From: an uncultured archaeon
GTDB lineage: Archaea > Asgardarchaeota > Thorarchaeia > Thorarchaeales > Thorarchaeaceae
DNA length: 10,484 nt
Assembly: GCA_964590575.1 (NCBI GenBank)
Contig: CAZPWM010000106.1
Span: 1 to 10,484, forward strand
Direction: 5' to 3'
Position numbers and translations under genes: made by a program. The notes below the pieces were generated by a model. The model ran no database searches, was not told the DNA's origin, and saw only the letters and a list, made by a program, of their open reading frames with translations. This document shows positions 1 to 9,000 of the stretch, piece after piece (positions within the stretch are counted from its first letter, which is position 1; the number at the start of each line of letters is the position of its first letter).

Positions 1-2
1 TC

Positions 3-3000
3 AGCAGAATATCCCGTTACAATTACCTGATCCCATATGACCACCTGTGATTGAAGGTTCTGGTTTACACTCGTTATACCATGCTGATTGGCTTCGCAGA
101 TTATTGAGTCGTAGGTGATTGAAGTGACACTTGACTCTGAAGCGGTAATCATCCAAATACCAGACCCAATATGTGTGGCTGGAATGCCATTGATACTCGC
201 TGTACCATCTGTAACTTTTGTATTGTCATACTCATACTCGAGATTTACATAGATATTGACGACGACATTTAGATTAACTCGGCTGTCCGAAACTGAGTAC
301 CCTCTGACAGTAATTTGATCCCACGTCACGGTTTGTGATTGTCCATTCTGACTGACCTGTGATATACCAAAGGTGTTACCTGATGCTGCTACATTGTTAT
401 AGATGCGACTGGCAACACTCGACTCGCTATCGGTGATTTGCCAAATACCCAATCCTAGGTGTATTGCTAATATTGCATTCACGGTTACAGTACCATCTGT
501 CACAGGTGCGCTGTCGAATTCATAGACTAGAGTGACTTCGATTGTCACAACGTCTTCGACGTTAACCCGCGAATCAGTGACAAAATAGGACTCAACAACA
601 ACTCTGTCCCAGACCTGATCTAGAACCTGCCCGTTCTGGTCAACCGAGTTTATGCCATACGTGTTGCCAGAAGCAAGTACTGTGTTATATGTGACCAATT
701 GCACACTTGCCTTGACTTCGCTGAAGTCCCAGATTCCATTAGCGCCTGAATAGACTGTACCTATACCATTCACTGTTACGACTCCATCTGTCACGTATGT
801 ACTATCATAGCTGAACTGCAGTGTGACATGACATGATGAAGCTGCTCCTGTGCTGATACGCTGGTCATCAGATGCATATGAAACTACACGCACCTGGTCC
901 CAGATACATTCAGCAACCAGACCGTTGATGTGGAGCGCGCTTATGCCATATGTGGTTTCCGTCGAAGCATTAACAAAGTAGGTCCATTTTCCTACAGAGG
1001 ATTGTGCCCTGGTGAGTTCAAACCAAAAGCTACCAGGATTCCATGTCATCGGGACACCATCCAAAGTGACACTGTCACCGGACCCAAGGTTCGACTGATC
1101 ATACTCCAACCATAGTCTGACACGTATCTCTACAGAGCTATCAATGCTCACTCTTCCATCGTTCACTGAAATTGCAGAAACAGCAATTCTATCCCAAATA
1201 ACGTCAATACTGCGGCCATCCAGACTTAGTGCTGTTATACCATAAGTTGCCTCAGCTGAAGCATTGACATAATATCTCCATTTCCCTACTTCTGACTGGC
1301 TCCTGCTCAGGTCAAACCACGAGTTGGTGGCATCCCACGTCATTGTTAGACCATCAAGGATAACAGAGTCTCCAAGACCGAGGAGCATGTGGTCATACTC
1401 CAGCCACAGGGTAACTCTTACCTCCACGTCATCACTGACACTCACTCTACTATCATCAACTGCAGTGGTGCGTACAACGATGCGGTCCCAGATAATGGAG
1501 GTACTGGGTGCTGTCTGAATCCATGTGTTCAGTCCATATGCGCTGTCAACTGCCAAGGCTACAGCGTAACCTACTCTCTTGACTGAACTTTGGATTTCAG
1601 TGAAAATCCAATAGGAACCGTTCCATGACAGAGCTTTGGAGCCATTTAGTGAAGCAATCAGCCCTGAAGTGATTACTATGTCATCGTAGTCGTAACGGGC
1701 ACTCCAGTATACAAGACCCTGTGTATTGACATCAATCCTTGAGTCGTCTACTCCTGAGATATACAGCTCAATCCTGTCCGTCACAAATGTGTCCGTGGCT
1801 GAAGTCGTGTAGTAGAGGTCTGAGCCACCAGACCCTACGCCTTCTGAAACGACCTTGAACGTATAGAGGTTCAGCCTCACGGAGCTGGACGAACCTATAC
1901 CTGTGATTGTGAATTGACCACTTCCATCAACATCAGCAGACCACTCTCCCGAAATATCGTGCATCATCCACACATCAGTTTCATTGGCGAGTGGATGAAG
2001 GTTTGAAGAACCATAGTAAATGAGTGTGGCACTTGCCCACAAGTTCGATGTTGAAATGTCACCCCGGTGGTCCGAGAGAGTCGGAGCAGAAGCATAATTA
2101 AGTCGTGTTTCAACATCCCAGTTGACTTCATAGAAGTCCTCGTCAGTATCTGAACCATCCGTCACGTACTGCCTTATGTCAATGTTCGATAGATCTGGAT
2201 GGTCCCAATCGACCTTAATGGCCCAAGTGATATCGAATCCATCTGATCTACTTGTTGCAGATGCCCAGCTTCCCAAGGTCACATACTCTGAGCCCTGTTC
2301 AATAGAGAATGAATCGGTCGAAACCGTGTAGCGAATGGCCCATATTAGGAGGGACCTGGTGTTGTCGTATAGAGACAATTCCACGATGTCAATGTCTGCA
2401 AAACCATCTAAGTCACTCACGCTGGAGGTTATAATATAGAATTGATACCTTGCATAGAGATTGTCAGTATCGTCAGCGTTTGTGATTTCTGGCGCTGTAT
2501 CATTCGTTGGGATCTCGTTCGGTGCAACAGACCATGTGACCTGCATAGTATTTGTGGTGAATGCAGTAATTCCGTGTAGCGACTCAATGGTAATTGCAGT
2601 GCTGGTGTACAGATATGTATTATCGACATGAGTATCTACGAATAGCGACTTGTTTACATCCGTGAATGATCTCCAGTGAGTTCCATTCCTGTTTATCATA
2701 ATCTGATATGTTGAGCATTGAATAGAATCATATGCGAAGAAAACGGTCAATGTGAAGTTTGCTTGGTGTTCATTATAGGGTGTAGCGTCGTCAACTCCGA
2801 TGGTGACCATCAGCCTATCGAATATGCAATAGGTTTCATCGTTTTCGCTGATAGCCGATATTCCATAAACTCCTCCTGATGCAGAATCAACAGTATATCC
2901 ATACTTACCCACAATGGAGTGGTCGAATATTGTGTCATTCAAAAAGAGAATACCATCGAATGCCGATGAATCGTAGTCATATATGGCTGATACTACCATT

Positions 3001-6000
3001 CCCGACGCATTCGTGTTGACGGCAATCCGTTGATCTGTGGGATTGCTGATGTAGATTGTGAGTGAATCCCATATGCAGTAGGTCCCATCATTTGTAGATA
3101 TCACAGTAATGCCATATGCATCATTCCCGAGAGCAGAACTCACTGTGTAGTCCTGCCTTTGCGCAAGGCCGTATTGGAAGAGAGTATTGTTGAGCACTAG
3201 TGTGCCAGTGTACAGTGTGCTATCATAATCGTATGTGGCCGATACTGTGATTCCCGACGCATTCGTGTTGACATTGATTCTCTGGTCTATTGGGTTTCCA
3301 AACCATATGGTCAAGCTATCCCAGATGCAATATACCTCGTCGTTGGAACCGATTGCTGTGATTCCATAAGTGTCATCTCCAGTGGCTGTTGCAACTGTGT
3401 AGCCCTGTTTCTGAGCCACAGGATACGCGAACTGTGTGTTGTTAAGGGTAAATGTCCCATCATAGGTAGCACCATCATAGTTGTAGACTGCACTTACTTG
3501 GATACTTGCACTCATACCGATATTGATCCTACTATCAGTAATGGACATTGAAATGGTGAGGGAGTCCCAGATAACAGAGGTGCCAACTCCGGGACTGACC
3601 GCGTTTATTCCATGGAAGGTGTCTGTTATAGAGGTCACAACAAACTCAAGTTGACCAATAGTTGGTGAGCTTCTCTGCTGCTCCCATCGATAGTCCACTG
3701 GATCCCAGGTCATGCCTGTCCCATTCAAGTAGACTGTGCCTCTGGAGCCTGTGAACACAATGTCATCGTATTCGTAGATTACTGTAGCGGCTACCGTCTG
3801 GATTGTCCCAATGTTGCATCGCTCATCACTTACTGAATAACTAGTGACCCGTAGTCTGTCCCAGATGATAGACTCCACATCATTTGTCCCTATCACTGTG
3901 ATGCCAAATGTGTCTCCTGATGTAGAAATGACTGTGTAGCTGCGGAGTCCCACAGTGTTGTACAGATATGTTGTGTCACTCAAAGTCAGTGTGCCATCAT
4001 ATGTCTGCCCATCAAAGTCATAGACCGCGCTCACATAGATAGACGCATTCTGACCTATACTTATTCTTGGGTCGGTGACGGATATTGTGATAGAAATTGA
4101 ATCCCAGATAGCATAGGTCTGATCATTGAGAGCGATTGTAGTTATGCCATGCGTGTCGCCTCCCGCTGAAAGAACTTCATACCCTCTCTGTCCAACTGTA
4201 GAATATTGGAATATAGTATCATTCAGAATCAGGAATCCATTGTATACGCTACCGTCGAAGTCGTATGTCGCTGATACTGCAATCCCTGTCGCATTCTCAT
4301 TGAGGTTTATTCTCTGGTCGATTGGGTCTGTGATTGATATTGTCAGAGAGTCCCAGATTTGCTGTAAGGTTTGTGCATTCTGATTTACGACGGATATGCC
4401 ATAGAGGTTTCCTGAAACAGAAACCAAGTCATAGATTACCGACTGTGCTGTTGCTTCTGTGGCTCCAAAATTCCAAACTCCATTTACCCCGCTGTAACCT
4501 GCAGCGACTCCATTCACAGTCACTGTGCCATCAGTAACGGGATTAGAATCATACTCGTATCGAAGAGTCACATGATCACTCGCACCGGTGTTAATGTTGA
4601 TTCGACTATCATCAGTTGAATAGGAAACAACGATAACTCTGTCCCAGATTATAGTCTGCGATTTGGCGTTCTGGTTAACATTCGTGATTCCAAAAAGATT
4701 GCCAGAGCATGTGACCAAGTCATATAGATTCTGGACCACAGTTGCTTCACTGTCAATGATTCTCCAGACTCCAGCGCCTTGATGAAGTGCACCCCTGCCA
4801 CTAATCGTGACAGTTCCATCTGCGACTGGACTGTCATCGTACTCATACCTGAGCGTTACATCGATGTTCACGTTATCGTTGACATTGGCACGAGTATCGC
4901 TTGCAGTATATCCACTAACAGTGATTTGGTCCCATATCACCTGCTGTGACTTTGAGTTCTGGTCGACTACTGTTATACCAAAGGTGTTGCCTACACATGC
5001 CACAGTGTTGTAGGTATTCGCTGTCACAATTGACTCAGAATCCGATATACGCCACACTCCTAATCCAAGATTGCTTGCGATAAGTCCGTTTATTGTGACT
5101 GTGCCATCTACAACAGGCGAATCATCGTACTCGTACTCGAGCGTGACGTCAATGAACGCATCGTCATTTATGTTGACCCTTGAGTCAACAGCAGAATAGC
5201 TTCTGACAATTATCTTATCCCAGATCACTGTGAGGGACTTGGCATTCTGATCAACAACATCCACTCCATGCAGTCCGCCGATATGAGTGACTAAACTATA
5301 AACTAAGGCCGTAACATCTGTTTCAACATCTGAAAACCTCCAGACACCAGATCCTTGGTGAGTTGCTGCGAATCCATTGATTGTTACTATACCGCTCGTA
5401 ACCGGCGTGTCATCATAATCATAGAACAGGGTCACATCTATGACAACAACGGCATTAACATCCACCCTTGTGTCTGCGGTTGTGTATAACTGGACTTGGA
5501 CTTTGTCTGCAATGTACGTGCTTTGGACAATGTTTTGGAGCAAATTCGCATCGGTAGAGCCCCCTCCTTCTTTGACAACAGATAATGTGTATGTGTCACT
5601 CCCAATCTCATCATCAGCGTAGCAAGTCACGCTGAATACTCCTGATTCCAGAACCAAGTCGGACCAAGGTCCAATATTGGTGCCATATTCAGATGTAGAA
5701 ACCCAGACGTCTGTTTCATTGGACCGAGGATTCAATGATGAGCCAACATACGATATGATTCCTGATATTGTAAAGCTACCATCGAGAGATCCTCTGTTGT
5801 TTGTGCCTGAATCGTCATCCACCGTGAGTCCATTGATCACAAGCTGATTTTCTACATCCCAGTTGACTTCATAGAAATCTTGGTCGAAATCGGTCCCGTC
5901 AGTCACATATTGCTGAACATCCACATTTGTCAATTCCGTGTGGTCCCAATCAATTTTGATTTGCCAAGTCACGCTTATGCTGTTGCCAACCACTAATGCG

Positions 6001-9000
6001 GAAGACCATGAGGCGAGTTCAATGTATTCAGAACCAGACTCGACCGTGAAGGTACCACCAGCGACTGTATACCTAATAATCCAGATGATTTGTGTACGTG
6101 CGTTATCATAGAGCATCAGTTCAATGTAGTCTATATCCCAGTCACCATCACCATCGCTGACATTCGTCACAATTGCATAATACCTGTAACGTGCGTACAT
6201 ATTGTCTGTGTCATCTGCGTTCATCAACTCAGGCACAGAATCGTTTGTGGGGACCTTATTTGGTGCTGCGGACCATGAAACTCGCTGAGTACTCGTTGAG
6301 AAAGATACAATTCCATACTGGGTTTCAAAAACCACGTCAGAAACAATGTAGTCGTAGACTGTATCGATATTTCTGTCCACGAATAGGCTTTTGTTTGAAT
6401 CAGTGAACGAATGCCAAGAAGTTGCATTACGAGTGACCTCGACATGGTATGTTGTACAGACAGATCCATCATACTCAAAGGTGATGGTCAGTGTGAAGTT
6501 CACCTGGATGTCATTATAGGGATTTGACGAGTCTGCAGTGACGATGATGTGAAGCCGGTCCCATATGCAATAGGTATCGTCGTTCAGCGAAATAGAAGTA
6601 ATTCCATAGGCATCATCGCCCACAGCATTTGCCACTCTATACCCTCTCCGACCCACAGAAGAATAGTCGAAGATAGTGTCGTTCAGATTGAAAGAACCTG
6701 TGTATTGAGCTGAGTCATAATCATAGGTTGCGGTGACAACGATGCCTGATGCGTTCTGGTTGATGTTAATCCGTTGGTCAATTGGATCAGTAATAGTTAT
6801 GGTCAGTGAATCCCAGATACAATATGTGACATCATTCGTGGTAATCGCGGTAATTCCGTAAGAATCATCACCAACTGCAGTAGCGACTCTATAGCCTTGT
6901 TTCTGAGCCGTAGAATAAATGAATATTGAATTGTTCAGAATAAACGTTCCATCGTAGTTGGCTCCATCGTAGTCATATTTTGCGGTGACAACGATGCCTG
7001 ATGCGTTCTGATTGATATTGATTCTTTGATCGGTTGGGTCTGTGATTGATATCGTCAGAGAGTCCCAGATGCAGTAGACAATGCTGTTTGTGCTAATTGC
7101 AGTGATGCCGTATATGTCGTCACCCAACGCACTGCTCACCGTATAGTATTGTCTTTGAGCAGTACCGTAAGTGAATTGTGTATTATTCAAGTTTAGTGTT
7201 CCGTCGTACGTTGAACCATCATAGTCGTAGACAGCGCCAGCTTGAATTGATGCACTCTGTCCAATATTGATTCTACTATCAGTAATAGTTAATGAAACTG
7301 TAAGCGAATCCCATATGATCGAAGGAACTCCATTTGTATAGAACGCACTGATGCCATGGTATGTATCGGTGACCGAACTCACTGCGAATGTGAATCTACC
7401 AACAGTTGGTGAGCTTCTCTGCTGCTCCCATCGATAGTCCACTGGATCCCAGGTCATGCTTGTCCCATTCAGATAGACCGTGCCCCTTGAACCTGTGAAC
7501 ACAACATCATCATACTCGTAAATCATCACAACTGCAATTATCTGAGAAGTTCCAATGTTACATCGGCTGTCGCTGACCAAATAACTGGTCACCCTCAATC
7601 TGTCCCAGATGATAGACTCCAAGTCGTTTGTCCCTATCGCAGTGATACCATATGTGTCTCCAGATGCAGAGCTGACCATATAGCTACGGATTCCGACCGT
7701 ATTGTACAGATATGTTGTGTCGTTTAGAGTCAGAGTACCATCATACTTTTGCCCATCAAAGTCATAGACTGCGTTCACGTAGATTGACGCATTCTGACCT
7801 ATGCTTATCCTTGAGTCAGTAACAGTAATTGTGATAGAGAGTGAATCCCAGATGGCATAGGTTTCATCATTAGCGTTTATCGCAGTTATCCCATATGTGT
7901 CCCCGAGGGCTGTTGCTACGGTATAACCTCGTCTTCCAACAGTCAAGAATTGGAATGTAGTATGATTTAGTGTCAAAACCCCATCAAAACTAGCACCATC
8001 GTAGTCATAGACAGCCGTTACCACAATTCCACTCGCGTTCTCATTGAGGTTGATTCTCTGGTCAATTGGGTCAGTGATTGATATTGTCAGAGAGTCCCAG
8101 ATCTGTTGTAGTGATTGAGCATTTTGATTTACAATATTGATACTATAGAGATTCCCTGAGGCCATAACTGTGTTATATACAACTGCTTGAGCAGATGATT
8201 TCATTTCTCCGAAATTCCAAATTCCATTTGCTCCACTATACACAGCAGCTAAACCATTGATTGTGACTATACCATCTGTCACAAGACTTGAATCATACTC
8301 ATAGTGAAGAGTCGCATGGCAGTTCCCTACAGTGTTGATGTTGATTCGGCTATCATCAGTGGAATAAGACACAACGATAACTCTGTCCCAGATGATTTGT
8401 ATTGACAGAGAGTCTTGATTGACATCTGTTATTCCAAAAAGATTGCCAGAGCATGTGACCAAGTCATATAGATTCTGGACCACTGTTGCTTCACTGTCGA
8501 TAATCCTCCATACTCCAGAGCCTTGATGGATGGCACTCTGACCATTAATCGTGACGGTTCCATCTGTCACTGGACTGTCATCGTACTCATATTCAATCGT
8601 GACATCTATGTTCACATTATCATTGATAGAAGCACGGGTGTCGCTAGCTGTGTATCCACGAAGAGTGATTTGGTCCCATATTACCTGCTGAGACTGTGAG
8701 TTCTGATCCATTATAGTTATGCCGAAAATATTGCCTGTGCTTGCGACAGAGTTGTAGGTGTTACCTGTCACAAATGACTCCGAGTCAGTAATTCGCCAGA
8801 CTCCAGAACCCTGATGCGTTGCAGAGAAACCATTGATGGTGACTATACCATCTGTCACAGGTGCGTTATCATAGTCATAGAAAAGAGTAGCATCGATGGT
8901 CACTATGACATCCAAATTGACCCTGCTGTCTACAACATCATAAGATTGAACCTGAATCCTGTCCCAAATGACAGACTGGCTCTTACTGTCTTGATTTACA

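Larger units (their letters stand above)
1..2534 (-). repeat. Divergent super-repeat copy 3 (partial): X-Y'-E-E-E-A*-A-A-(A...)
   Basis: X is conserved (414 nt; NADDTDNLYARY...DWDHPD...FYEVNWD). It is followed by a divergent 339-nt Y, three C-like modules (291, 294, 294), A* (291), two A modules (288, 288) and the start of another module. Confidence 0.85.
2535..6275 (-). repeat. Super-repeat copy 2 (3741 nt, 1247 aa): X-Y-A-A-A-A*-B-B-C-B-B-B-D
   Basis: Bounded by VSWSAAPN (6275) and VTWSVAPN (2534). Module lengths are 414, 351, 288, 288, 288, 291, 249, 243, 294, 246, 252, 249, 288, which sum to 3741. It is colinear with copy 1 except for one missing A module and one missing codon. Confidence 0.92.

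Noticed and set aside
2058-2066. RGD tripeptide (DHRGDIS) in the third Y module
   Set aside because: It occurs once and aligns with RGS in the other Y modules and with the generic D-x-R-x-[N/D/S] strand motif; chance is a sufficient explanation.
2820-2822. Trp-to-Phe change at a module boundary (YCIFD) plus a one-codon deletion in that B module, as possible signs of pseudogenisation
   Set aside because: The substitution is conservative and the indel is in frame; the reading frame remains intact.
6135-6160. DGDGDWD as an FG-GAP/VCBS repeat or EF-hand
   Set aside because: The other two X copies read DNDGAWD and DLDGFAD, with no propeller-type periodicity or flanking helices. It is better treated as a cadherin-like D-x-D-G motif.
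3660-8498. Diversity-generating retroelement TR/VR pair suggested by near-identical 50-70 nt repeats
   Set aside because: Both copies are in-frame parts of equivalent modules, the flanking differences are not adenine-specific, and there is no reverse transcriptase gene in the window.
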